Positions 47,743 to 60,149 of a DNA stretch of 64,000 bases are shown piece by piece. Source of the DNA: Paramoeba atlantica (taxonomy: Eukaryota; Protista; Discosea). The position numbers and the translations under genes are program-made. The notes under the pieces are model-generated. The model was not told where the DNA came from, did not search any database, and saw only the letters and a list, made by a program, of their open reading frames with translations. How positions within the stretch are numbered: position 1 is the first letter of the stretch; every line of letters begins with the position of its first letter. The stretch covers positions 3,742 to 67,741 of the forward strand of contig CDRNVI010000194.1 in NCBI GenBank assembly GCA_977017575.1, read 5' to 3'.

Positions 47743-48126
47743 AGAGAAAATAACGCGGGATTTTCTTCACTGAATAGGGTGTTTTCAGGACCGTGAAAAT
47801 GAAATTTTTCACTTTAAAGACATTGTGAAAAAAAGACATGGATGCGAGGATTGGCATGGCCACGAGGATTGTCATGGACACATTGTCACAAAGCAATCTC
47901 TTCGCAAATCATTCAAAGAAAGGTTTGGGGAAAGAGGAAAACTAATTCCAAAAACAATTTGATCATCAACAGTTTTTGATCACAGAGTTTTGTTTTCATT
48001 TTTTTTTTTGAGCTGGTTTGATATTTTTTCCCTACAAAAAATACAAGATGTAGAAAAATATTGAGAAAGACATTTTCGGTTTTCATTTTAAAAATGAAAA
48101 AAAGAAAAGAAAAGAAATATAAAACC

Positions 48127-49181
48127 TTCAATTGGATGATTAATTCAACAATATTCTGGTCTGCAACATCAAGCACTGTTTTGCCATCCTAATACAATAA
48201 TAAGAACAACTTAAACAATTAAAAAGTTCTTCCAATTTTATTAAATTAAAAATAAAAGTAATCTTTTATTTTTATTAAGAATAAAAATGAAAATCAAAAA
48301 AAAAAATCAAAACTTTAGTTTGGAGCTGAATGTTGACTCGATGTTCAATAAGAATTTTGACAATTTCTTCAAAACCATTCTCAGCAGCAAAGTGAAGAGC
48401 AGTCCGCCCCTGCTAACAACAAAAAAGTTTTAAAAAAAGAAAAACAAATCATTGAACAACTGTCTCCCACCCTCCACCACAAATCAAAAAGAAAAATCAA
48501 AACATAATCTTGAAGATCAACATTGGATCCATGTTCAACAAGAATCTTCACAACTTCTTCAAAACCTTTCTCAGCAGCTCTGTGAAGAGGAGTCCATTCA
48601 TTCTTAGAAAAGTTGTTAAAAAGAAGTTGTTAAAAAATAACAAAACAATTCACCACAACCATCCCCCACCCACACAACATCATCAACAAAGAAAAGTGAA
48701 AAATCCAAAAGAAAATCAAAACTTCATCGAGAAGATCAATGTTGGCTCCATGTTCAACAAGAATTTTCACAATTTCTTTAAAACCTTTGAAAGCAGGCCA
48801 ATGAAGAGGGGTCCGCCCAATCTAAACAAAAAGAAGTTTTAAAAAAAGAATAAATCAAAACAACCAAAAAAAAAAAGAAAATGAAAACTTTATCTTGAAG
48901 ATCAACGTCAGACCCAGATTCAACCAGAATCTTCACAATTTCTTCAAAACCTCGAAAAGCAGCAACGTGAAGAGGGGTCTGTCCAGACTTGACAAAAAGG
49001 AGTTTGAACAAAAGAAACAAAACTTCAAAAACAACAAAGAAAAAAGAGAGAAAGAAAGAGTTTCCGAAACCCTGTTGTTTTTGAAGTTCACATTCGTTTT
49101 TTGATTTTGGAGAAGAACTTGGACAAGTTCTTTGTCTCCTTTATAAACAGCATCAAAAAGCTTTTCTTCTTGTTCTTCCAT
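48127..49181 (-). CDS. Ankyrin-repeat protein (about one repeat per exon); 3' end may extend to ~47880
   Basis: MEEQEEKLFDAVYKGDKELVQVLL, GQTPLHVAAFRGFEEIVKILVESGSDVDLQDK, GRTPLHWPAFKGF..., DGKTVLDVADQNIVELI, separated by GT-AG introns. Confidence 0.88.
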
Positions 49182-49354
49182 TTTCTTTTGCGTTTTTGAT
49201 GTGTTGAAGGGAGAGAAAAATGAAGGAGAGCACAAACCAAAAAACCAAAGTTTTCTGGCGCTTTATTTTTGGCTTTTGTGAAATTTTTTCGGTGTCCTCT
49301 TTTCGTTTCGTTTAAAAGTGATTTCTTTTCGAAAGAGAAGAAAGAGAGAGTGAA

Positions 49355-50305
49355 ATGGGTTGTTCAGCTGGAAGAGGTTATCAACAAAATCCAAGCAATT
49401 CGAAATTTGTTAGAGTTGTGTTGACTGGTGGTGCTGAAGTTGGAAAGGTTTTATCGTTTTCTTCTTCCTTTTCTTTCTTTTATTCACTTTAAAAATAAAA
49501 AAAAACAAGAGTGGGATCCTTTGTCAATATGCTGAAAAGAAATTTTCTTCTCAGTATATTTCCACAATTGGAGTTGAATTCAAGATTAAGTATCTTACTA
49601 TTGGTGCTTCTCCATATAAGTTGCAAATTGTATGGAACTTTTTCTCTCTCTTTTTTTTTGTTAATTTTCTTTTTTTTTCCTTTCATTTTTCTGACACTCA
49701 TTTTTTTTTGAATTCTTTTTTGAATCTTTTTTTTTGACAACCTTCTTTTTTTTTTCCACACACAACAGTGGGATACAGCAGGACAAGAAAGATTTCGAGC
49801 AATTGCAATTGCGTATTATCGAGGAGCTCAAGGAATTATTCTTGTGTATTCTGTCACAAACCGTGAATCATTTTTGAATATATCCGTCTTCTTGCTGCAG
49901 AAGTAAAAAACTATGGGAATCCTGATGTCAAAACAATTCTTGTTGGAAATAAGATTGATCTTCATGATCAACGAGAAGTTCTTTATAATGAAGGAAGGGT
50001 TTTGTTTTTCTTTTGTTTTTTCTGAATCAATTATTACTTTCGTTTTTTTAAAGGTTTTTTTCCATTTTCTTCTCCCTTCTTTTTCTTTGAAAAAATTAGA
50101 TCTTCTCTCTTGTGATATTTTTCTGTATTGATCTTTATTCATACACTGATTTGAATAATAGCAATTAGCCCATGAGTTGGGGACCCAAGGATTCTTCGAA
50201 ATTTCAGCAAAAGAAAATGAAAACATTGATGAAATGTTCTTCGAGACACTTGCATTGATGGATGGACGATCCCAATTTGTCAACGTGAAAAGAGCTCGAA
50301 ATTGA
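49355..50305 (+). CDS. Rab-family small GTPase (Rab1/Rab8-like motifs), 4 exons, apparent frameshift at 49871-49875
   Basis: GGAEVGK|[45 protein letters not shown]. Confidence 0.9.
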
Positions 50306-50953
50306 AAGGGAAAAAAGGAGGAATTGAAAAAAAAATCATCTTTATTTTTTTGTTTTCAAAAAAAGCATTGATGCGAACCCCCCTTTTCCTTATTGATACG
50401 TACTCAAGAATGAATAGACATTGGAGCTTTAGATCAAGGTTATTTCCGATTTTGAGATTTATTTTTTTGAAATGAATTTTTTTTAAATTCTTCTCACCAA
50501 AATCTTATTTTTTATTTTAGTTTTCAAAAAAAAAGAATGGAGACACACCCTTCCACAAGATGCACATCTTGTGGATGTAAACAAAATATTCAAGCATTGA
50601 CAATCACATTTTTGTTGAGAAGAAATAAAAATTGTGAAAAATTTTTCTTAAGAAATAAAAATTGTGAAAAATCTTTGTGTTTTTTCATTTTCTGGGATTT
50701 ATTTATTTTTAACATTGAATCTTTTGGCTTGAGGAAAATCAAAGACAAAGAGAAAAGAAAATGCACACCCCAAACGGGGTTCGATAAATTTTCGAGTTGA
50801 TAATTTTCCGAAACAGAAACTTCAACAAAAATGAAAACGTGTTGAACCACAACTCAAAAAAATCTGTGCGCCATCGTTTGCGAATCCGATCAGTTTTTCT
50901 TTTTCTTGTTTTCTTTTTTTCTTTTTTCTTTTTGGTCAACGAAAGCAACTATC

Positions 50954-53246
50954 ATGTCGGAAGGTGGTGGTTGGGGTTGGGGGTCGTCATGGTCTTCTAT
51001 CTCAGCTGCAGGTTTTTTCGTTTTCTGATTTTCTTTTCTATTTTTCTTTTGCCTCATATATTTTGAAATAGTGACAAGCACGATTACTGACATGGGTGCA
51101 CAAATGGTTGAAGATGCGGCGTTTGGTTCTCTTCTCTCTTCTCTCTTCTCCGTTTTTCTTTTCCACTTTTCTCATTTTCCTTTTTTCTTTCGCAGCAAAG
51201 ACACTGATTGGTGGTGAAGAAGAAGAAAACCCTCAAGGTCAAGAAGATTCGAAAGGTGCTGAAAGCTCGGAGAAACAAGGTGACGAGAAGCAAGACGAGA
51301 GATCACAAGAAAAAGAAGAAGAAAAAAATGGTGAAGAAAATGAGAAGAAAGAAGAAGAACTTTCAGAGAAGAAAGAGGGCGAAGGAGGATTTCGAAGTTT
51401 GTTTGATCGAGTTGGAAAGTAAGGGATTTTTTTCAGAACCTTTTCTTTCCTTTTTGTTCTTGTGATATAGAATTTAAAAAATTAAATTTTACCAGTTCTC
51501 AAACAATCCAACAACAACAACAACAACAACAACAACCTCAAAAAGAAGGAGAAGAAGAAACCCCAGAAACTCAAGAGTTGGATGATCTCATCCTTCAAAC
51601 ATTTATGACTTCGACCAACTTTCTCACCGGTTTTTGTTTCCTTCCTCTCTTCCCTCTCATTTTCTCCTTATTATTTTCCTCCAAAGAAGCTTCTATTGTA
51701 ACAATACCTCTCGAGATTTTTTCTTTTTTTTTGTTTTTGATCCAAAAAAAAATAGATTTTGTGTCAACATCCACCGATTTTGTCGCATCATCTTCTGAAC
51801 AAGTTCGAACTCTTGCCACAAATTTAAATGCAACAGAACTTTTGGATCAAGCTGGAAAAAGTGCTCTTTGGATTGTCGATCCTGGTCTTCTTGATGATGT
51901 TGCTGAGAATGAAAAAGGAAAAGAAGAAGAAGGGGTCCAAAAGTTGTTGGAGGTTCTTTTTCCTTTTTGTTTTGTTTTTTTTTTGCCTTGGTTTGATTCT
52001 CATCACCCTTTTTAACTCTTGAAGGGAGGGGGACAAGAAATTTCATTTGAAAAATTGTTGGAAAAGCATGGTGGAAGTGAGAAACTCAAGATTTTGAAGA
52101 GTGAATCAGAAAAAGAAAGGACAAGTTTCCAAGGTTCTTCTTTCTCATTTTATTCATTTTTTATTTCTTTCTCTCTGATTGAAATTTTTTCTTGGAAAAG
52201 AAAAACGAAAAGTTCTCGGTGTTATGAAATGGTCTGCTCTCTCCCCTTTCTTCACTCGCTTAGAAAAAGCTCTTCAATCCTCTTTCCCTGTCAAACAAGA
52301 ACGAGAAGATGAGGGAGAAGAAGAACATGACTTCAAAGTTACTTTTGAGAAACTAAAAAACTTTTCACCTTCTTCTCTCTCTTCTTCTCTCTCTTCTTCA
52401 TCTTCTTCTTCTTCATCATCGTCCCCTTCCCCTTCTCCGACCCCTTCTCCTTCTCCTTCTTCTTATCTTGGTCCTTTAAAGAATGATATTAAGATTTGCC
52501 AACAGTTGAAGTTGTTAGATTGTTTGTATGTGACAAGTGTCGATCGGTTGAGCGGAGAGAAAAATGTCTTTCGAAATGAGAAAGAAGGAGAAGGGAATGT
52601 TCTGAAAATTGCTGTGGTGTTCTTATTGAAAAAGAGAGAAGAATATTTAGATGAGGTTGCTGATTTTGTTCATCTTTTTGTGGGATTGTTACTTGCTGTC
52701 TCTGAGGGGTTGAAAGACCAGTCCATTGTCCAAAATATGAAAGAGAGTGTTGGGGCAAAAGGAGAGAAAGAAGAAGAGAAGGATGAAGACGAAGATGAAG
52801 ATGAAGATGATGAAGATGATGAAGATGATGAAGAAGAAATGGTCAACAAAGCTGTGGTTAACAAGTCTGTGGAACTTTGTGGGGTTCTTCGAGATCTTTT
52901 TATTTTTCAGATTAAGAGATTATATCATTTGATTCATTTACAAAAAGATGTCATTGAAGATGTTATCAGTGAATCTCGTGCTGGTTTGAAAGGTGTTGAG
53001 AAGAAGAAAGAAGAAGAAAAGGAAGAAGGAGAAAAGAAAGAGGGAGAAGAGGAAGGAGAGGAAAAGAAAAGAGAAGGAGAAAAGAAAAGAAACCAACAAC
53101 AATTGATTGAGTTGGCAAAGTTTACGAGATCTTATCTTGCTTCTTTTTCTGTTGATCAAGAGGAGTCGAGTGTGGTTGTCAATGACGCTGGTTCCTCAAT
53201 GAGACCGTTTTTTGATTCTTTTTTATTGGATCTTTGTAATTTGTGA
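50954..53246 (+). CDS. FAM114/DUF719-like acidic protein (multi-exon)
   Basis: N-terminal MSEGGGWGWGSSWSS and internal SFEKLLEKHGGSEKLKILKSESE recall FAM114A (GWGxWG; F.E.QG..HLEALE.LS.ESE); long last exon 52200-53246. Family call is from memory of motifs only. Confidence 0.55.
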
Positions 53247-53450
53247 AAGAGAGAGAGAGAGAGAGGAGAAAAGAAAGGTGGAGAGGTTGTTGTCTTTTGA
53301 ATGAAGGAGAAATTGGGAAGGAGCAAAAGACAGTAAAATAAATGGATGGAGCATTTTTGTGGGTGAAATTTTTTCAAAAAAAGATTTTTTTTTTGTGTTT
53401 CCTCTTCTTTGTTTGTTTTCGCAACACAAAAAAAGAAAATCTCTCTGATT

Positions 53451-56400
53451 ATGGAGATGGGTTTCTTTTTCTTCTCTTCTCTCTCACTCCCATTCTTTTA
53501 AACTAAACTCCTTCTCTCTCCCACACACACACCAAACAAAAAACACACAGAAACTCCGCCAGAAGAATTTCCATCACCACCATCAAGTCTGGAGCTGCGA
53601 TTACCACCACAAGGAAAAGAAGAATGGGGTTGGAGAGAGAAATGGAACAGCGCTTTTGAATTTTGTTTCGAAAAATTCTCTCATTTTCTCACTCGTTTTT
53701 ATCTTCAGAGTATTGTTTTTGGTGTTGTGGTTGTTTTTTTTTGTTTTTTTGGTTTGTTGTTGGTTGATGAGCCCAATTCTACCATTGAGGTTTTTTTGTT
53801 TTCCCCCCCTTTTTTTATTTTTCTTTTCATTTTTTTGTTTCTTTCATTTTTTTGTTCTTAATTTCTTCTTAAGAGAGATTGTTCTTTTTCTTTCTTTTTT
53901 TTCAACTGAAAAAAAAACAGATCTTTTTATCACCAAATTCCATTGAATATGATTGGGACGAGTTCTTCAATGAATATTTCGGAGGTCTCTCTCGAGCTGT
54001 TGTTGCCATGATTACAGGTTCTCTCATGATATTCTTCTTTTTTCTCTTTTTTTTCTTTTCATTTTTCTGACTTTTAAAAAAAAAAAAAAGAAAAAGAGGC
54101 TGGTAAACCAAACATATTAACAACAGAGCACCTGGCGGCTCTCTCTCATATTGGGCGCTCGCTGTTGGATTCTTCTTATGAAAACTTTCAAACTTTTACA
54201 ACAAGTAAAAACCAAATTTTCAGTCAAAAAGAAAAAGAAAGAGGGAAAGAGAGGAAAACCAAGAAGAGATTTTTTTTTTTTCATTTGTGCTTTTTCATTA
54301 AAAAACCAAATCACAGAATCAGGCGTTACAATTACAGAGTTGGATATGTGCGAGGCGCCACAAGTTCCTCCATATTTTACAGATCCAAATTCCCAAGAGG
54401 TCTTTTTTCTCTTTTTGTTCTTCTCTTTTTCTCTCTTTTATTTATTCTTTTGATTTTAACTTCTCTCATGATTGATATCTCTTGTTCTCTCCTTTTCTCT
54501 TCTCTCTCAGTTAAAAGAAATGAGCGATGTATTGGCTCCTATGGGAGGTCCACTTCCTGATGGTTTTAGAATTGATCGATTTCCTTGTAATCAAATTTCA
54601 ATTCTTGATTGTTTCCAAGAAGGAGGTTTTTCTTTTCTTTTCTCCCTCTCTTTCTTCTCCCATCCCCTCTTCTCACATCTCTTCTTCTAACTCCAAATAC
54701 TTCTTTTGAAGATATGGATATCCCAGCCAATTTAACATATTTAAATGACCGACTTTGTGCAATTCAACGGTGTATTTTTCCTGTACCCTACAGAAACAAA
54801 CCCTCCATTTATGACCCTGAGTTAGATATTGGGGCCTATATTGCTCAAGAATTTGATAAGATCGGAAGGGGACAAATTTCAAATTGTTCAAATGTAATTT
54901 TTCCTTTTTTTTTATCTCTTTTTTTATATTTTGTTTCTCATTTCTCTTTTATTTAGTGGGGAGGAATTCCTGTTGCTGAGGGATTTGTTGTGGGAGATGT
55001 CGAAAGAGAGAAAGAATCAAAGAATCTCTTGAGAATTGGATATTCAAGAATGGGAATCAGTAATTGGAATCAAGATCATCCAGATTTCGTTGCAAAGTAT
55101 TCTCCTTTAGGGTAATCTTTCTCTTTTTTCGATTTTGTTTTATTCAAGAATAAAAAAAATAACTTTTTATCTTCTAGATTTGACACAACAAAAAAAAGAG
55201 AAAGATTAGTGGAAAACTTTGAAACTTTTTTAATGGATAATTTGTTCATGGGTGCATATAATGAAGAAGAAGATTCTTTATTTGGCCCTGACGAACAATT
55301 TAACAATACCCAGTTTCTTTTTACTGTTGCAAAATCAATTGATGATGTCCAAAATGACCAAATCTCTACTGTTCGATGGGGTTCTTTTTTTCTTTTTATT
55401 CTTAAAAAGAATTTTTTTCTTTCTCTTCGCTCGCTTCTCTCCTCTCACTCTTTTTCTCACTCTTTTTTAGATTTAATCTTCTTGGGATATCTTATCATGT
55501 TGATCTATTCTGTTGTGTGCATGGGACATCTTCCTTTTGTCACTCCCTATTCTTATGGACGTTCTCGTGTGGCTGTTGTTTTTGCTGGTTCAATTTCTTT
55601 CTTTTCTCGTGTTTCTCTTATTTTCTTCTCTTTCTGACTCAAATCTCTGAAGGGATTGTGATGGTTGGATTCTCTGTCCTTGCTAGTTTCGGTTTAATTT
55701 CTTTTTTTGGGGTCAAAATCTCAGGTAACTTTCTTTTCTCCTCACAGTCACAGAAAAATAAAACATTCTCTTCTCTCTCTCTCATTTTTTTTTCTCCCTG
55801 CAGGAATGCAATTGGCCATTATCCCCTTCATTGGTTTAGGAATCGGAGTTGACGACATCTTTATTATCATGCACACCCTTTCTCTTGTTTACTCTACTTC
55901 TTCTTTTGATGATGATGCTGTTTCTGATGCTTTTGAAGTTCATTTGGATACGCCAGAGAAGAGAAGGGTCAAGAGAGTTGTGGTTGAAGCAATGAGAATT
56001 GGTTTGGATTTTTTTTTTCTCTGTTCTCTTACTTGTTCGAACTCTTATTTTCTGTTCCCAGCCGGACCTTCTGTTCTTTTATCATCTGTTTCAAATTTGT
56101 GTGCTTTTATTACAGGTTCTCTTTTTTTTTCTCACTTTATTTCCATTCTCTCTGCACTCCAACTCATATATATCTCTTCTCTTTACTTTCTTTCCTTCCA
56201 ATAGCCGCTTGGGCTGCTTCAGTCCCCCAAACTTCATGGTTTGCGTTACAAATGGTGTCCGTGTGTGTCTTGAATTTCATAACATATTCATTTATTTTTA
56301 TTCCTCTCCTTTATTTGGATTTGAATTGGGAAATGGATTTGTTTCGATCTTGTCGAAGATTGCCAACAGGTAAAAGAATTATTTGGAATACTGAAAAAAA

Positions 56401-59400
56401 ATTTGAAATATCTTTCTTCTCATTCACATAAAATTCCTCACATTTCTCGCAAAAGGAAACGTGCCTGCAACAAATGAAGTTGTAGAAGCTCCGGTTGAAC
56501 CATCTTATTCTGATTATCCTTTTGGTGAAGGAAAAGAGGGAGCTGAAGATGACGATAGTTATCCTTCTCCTGCTGCACCTCCTCCTTCATTAGATTTACC
56601 CAGTTTGAATTTTTTTTTTTTCTTTTTCCTCTCACCTTTTCCCTCATATTTTATTGTCCATAGTTGATCATGGTCACATTCTCTCACAAAAGAAATACTC
56701 CATTGAAAATCGGGCTGTTCTCGTTGTTGTCTTCTTTATTGTTGTTTTATGTCTCTTTCTCTCTCTTTATGGAGCAAGTCAAGTTGAGAGAAAAATTGAT
56801 ATTTCAAAATCTATGCTCGATGACAGTTACCAGAAAGATTTTTTTGTTCCAATGTTGGAATATTTTCAGGTTTTTCTCATCTTTTTTTTTCTTCCCATTT
56901 CTTCCCCTTTTCTCAATTGCTCTCTCTTCTCAAGATCAACTCTCTCTCCCTCGTCACTGAAACAATTGACTGGCCAAATGAGTATCCAGACGTTTTGACA
57001 ACTCTCGACTTGGTGTCACATTCGGATGGATATGTCACAGAAATTCCACTGGAAACAACATCTTGGCTTTTGAGATTTATAAATGATGTAAAATATGAGA
57101 ATCGAAGGAGAAATTTTGAAGAGAAGAGAGAGGTTTTGGTTCTGAGAAAAGAAGAATGGGGAGAGAGAGAAGAAGAGAGAGAAGATTTAATCAAGAGAAG
57201 AGAAGAAAAGATGATTGTAAATGGATTGGTTGTGTTTATTGGGCTTATTTGTCAAGATTCAAGAGATGTTGCCTGTTTGTGTACTTCGGAACATGTTGAC
57301 GGGCCTTGTCAAGGTTATTGCTTCTTTTGTTTCTATTTTATTTAATTCTTTTATTTAATTTCTCTTTTTTAAATTCCTCTTTTGACAGTTCAAATCTTTT
57401 TGGCAAGTGACCCAAGCAATGTTGTCACAACAGATAAATATGGAACTTTTTCAATCTCTGTTCCTCCTCCTCTTGATGGTGATGATGTTGTTGTTTTGCG
57501 TTTGAATATTTTGGATACAGCAGCGGTTCTTCTTATTATTTCTTTCTTTTTCTTTTTCTGAAACAGATCCATTCTTTTTTTGTATTTTCTGATCTTCTCC
57601 CCCCTTTTTAGGCAGCAATTGATTATCAAGCAACTCTGAAATATTCTCCAACTGGAGTTCATTATCATTTTGAAATTGTGGCAGAAACAGTTGCCCAAAA
57701 CAATTTCGGCCTTCCTTTTGAACGTTCTTTTGCTTTCTATGGTATTTTTTTCTTTTTTAATCTATTTTTTGTCTTAAAAATACTCATCTCTTATTGTTAG
57801 GTTTGGCGATTGGGGGAGATAGAAGTGGTTTTTCACTTGTGGTTGCAGATGATGTGGATAGTACAGGAAGAGATCTTTCTCCTATTGATATTATGTATGT
57901 TTCAAGCGAAACCATTTGTTCGAATTGGACTTCTGAACTTGAAAAAACAACAACTTGTGGGGCTTTTGGTGTGGTTAAACGAGATATTCCGGATGACAGA
58001 GAAAGAGAGAGAGAAAGAGAGAGAGAAGTATTTTGGATGAATGAAGAAGAAGAAGAAGAGATTGAGATAGAAAGAAGGCAAGATAGTGAAGACATCATTT
58101 TTGATTTTGAAATGGTTTCTTCAAATTTGATCGATTGTTCTCCTATTACCAGAGCTCCTCTTTCTCCTCAAATTGTTCTCTCTCCCGATTATCTCACAGG
58201 TAAAAATTTTTAAATTTATAAATTTTTGTTGAATAGAATGACAAGAGAGAGAGAGTTACTGATGGAGAAAATAGTTGGGACATCACAATGTTCTCCAGAG
58301 AATTTAGTTTGTGGAACTGAGACATGCAATTCATGTTCTTTGTGCTGTGATGACTTTTATTCAGGTTCTATCTTATTTTCTCAAAAATTCAAATGCATTT
58401 TCAAGATAAATTATCAAATATGTCTTTAGTTTTTTTTTTCTCTTTATTAATGGTTGAATTAGATGTGTGTGGGGAATGTCACGAAGCAAAATGTGTCGAA
58501 ATTTACACCCCAGATTGTTCGCTTGGAACTGCAGATGTTCTCCCTTTTTCTCTTTTTTTTTTTTCTAATTTTTCTTTTTTCTTCCGATGTTTTGTTTTCT
58601 TCCTTTCAACTTTCTTTTTTCTTTTCACTAAACTTCTTGTCTTTCAGAGCCCATGTCAAGAATGCAGAAGAACGCTTAATCCTCTCTCTTTCTCTGAGTG
58701 TACTCGGTGCTACACTGAAAAATGTCCCAATGTCTATTCTGAAGGTCTGATTGCAAAGGATCTCACCCACAATGTTCTCTTTTCTTTGATTCTTTCTTTC
58801 TTTTCTTTTTCTCTATTTTTCCTCTCTTTTTCTGATCCCTCTCTTTTTCTGATCCCTCTCTTTTCTTCAAGACTCCGACTCCGCCAACTGATGATACGTA
58901 CCCAATTTCACCAGAGAATTTTTATCGTTTGTTGAGAATTTGGTTGCAGGGAAAGGGTGCTCCTTTTTCGGATGATCTTTCTTGTGTGAATGGAGATGGA
59001 GAGAGGGTATTTCTTTTAATTTTTATTAAAATGAAGGAATGAAATTTATTAGAGATCAACTTTGATTCTTTTTTTTACAGCAAGATTGCTCTCTTGAAGG
59101 GAGCGTGATTGGAGGGTCAAAAATGTCATATTTTTTGTGGGGCAGAGCAGAAGATGAAATTTATGTTGAGCGCTTAGAAGACCAAAAAGAAATGTTGTCT
59201 CAGACAAGTAGGTTTGTGTAATTGTTTGTGAAAGGATTTTCTAAATCTTTTTGGAATTAAAATCAAAAATAGTTTCCCTTGGGATTACACAGTAATTTAC
59301 ACAAGCCAATATGACAGTATTGAAGCCAACACAGCCCACCTTCTCTTCCTCTGTGCCATTCTTGTCTCAGTTGTCAATCTTCTCTTTCAATCTTCTTGGG

Positions 59401-59955
59401 CCATTTCTCTCCTTTTATTTGTGAATATTCTGTTTACCGCTTTGGAATTGTATGGGTTGTTGTTTTATATGGATTTGGGATTAAATAGTTACTCTCAAGT
59501 TTTGTTGATTATGAGTGTGGGAATGGCTGTTGAGTTTTCTGTGCATCTTTCAAGGTTTGGAGTTTCATTTTTTTGAAAATTGATTTTTTTTTTGAATTTT
59601 ATTTCTTTTGTTTTCTTTTCTCTTCTCTTCTCAACCCTCTCCAAAAAGATCTTTTCTCCTCCTCCCTGGATCTCGCCCAGCACGGGCAATGGGCGCAATC
59701 AAAGAAGTTGGCCTCCCTCTCTTCCATGGAGCGATTTCATCCTTTCTCTCTATCTTCGCAATCCTTTTTAACCCCATTGAATGGTTCAGAGTTTATTTCT
59801 TTTATTATCTTTCAGGGGTGATTTTTATATCATTTTTGAATGGGATTGTACTTATGCCTGTGGTATTGGCGCAACTTGGACCAAAGAGGATTCGGCGATT
59901 TAATTCTATGATGTATCAGGATGATGAAGCTGATATTCCTCGATTTTGTTTGTGA
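53451..59955 (+). CDS. Patched/NPC1-superfamily sterol-sensing RND transporter (many exons)
   Basis: TM1 near 53700-53770; SSD with IPFIGLGIGVDDIFII and GPSVLLSSVSNLCAF; second half SVGMAVEFSVH, GLPLFHGAISS, YFF...FLNGIVLMPVVLAQLGP; stop at 59955. Exact exon boundaries partly uncertain. Confidence 0.9.
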
Positions 59956-60149
59956 AAGAAAAATTTTTCAGTGAGAAATCAAAAAAAAAATATCCAATAA
60001 ACCTTCCAATTTTGGTTGGCAAAAATCTTGTTTCCTTATTTTTGTTGAGAAGATATATTTTTATGAGAGTCACACTCTGCCAAAACTGTCAAATAAAAGA
60101 CAAAAAAAATGATTTTTGATTTTTAATTCTTTTTAATTTAATCTTTTTT

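Larger units (their letters stand above)
37890..48270. repeat. Tandem segmental duplication (~37890-42340 and ~42345-48270)
   Basis: The LRR gene, its upstream region and the last recognisable ankyrin exon (42200-42300 vs 48127-48230) are all duplicated; in copy B ~790 bp is replaced by the piggyBac-like element. Confidence 0.85.

Noticed and set aside
51512-51537. (CAA)n tract as a stand-alone repeat element
   Set aside because: It is most simply a poly-Gln stretch within an exon of the FAM114-like gene.
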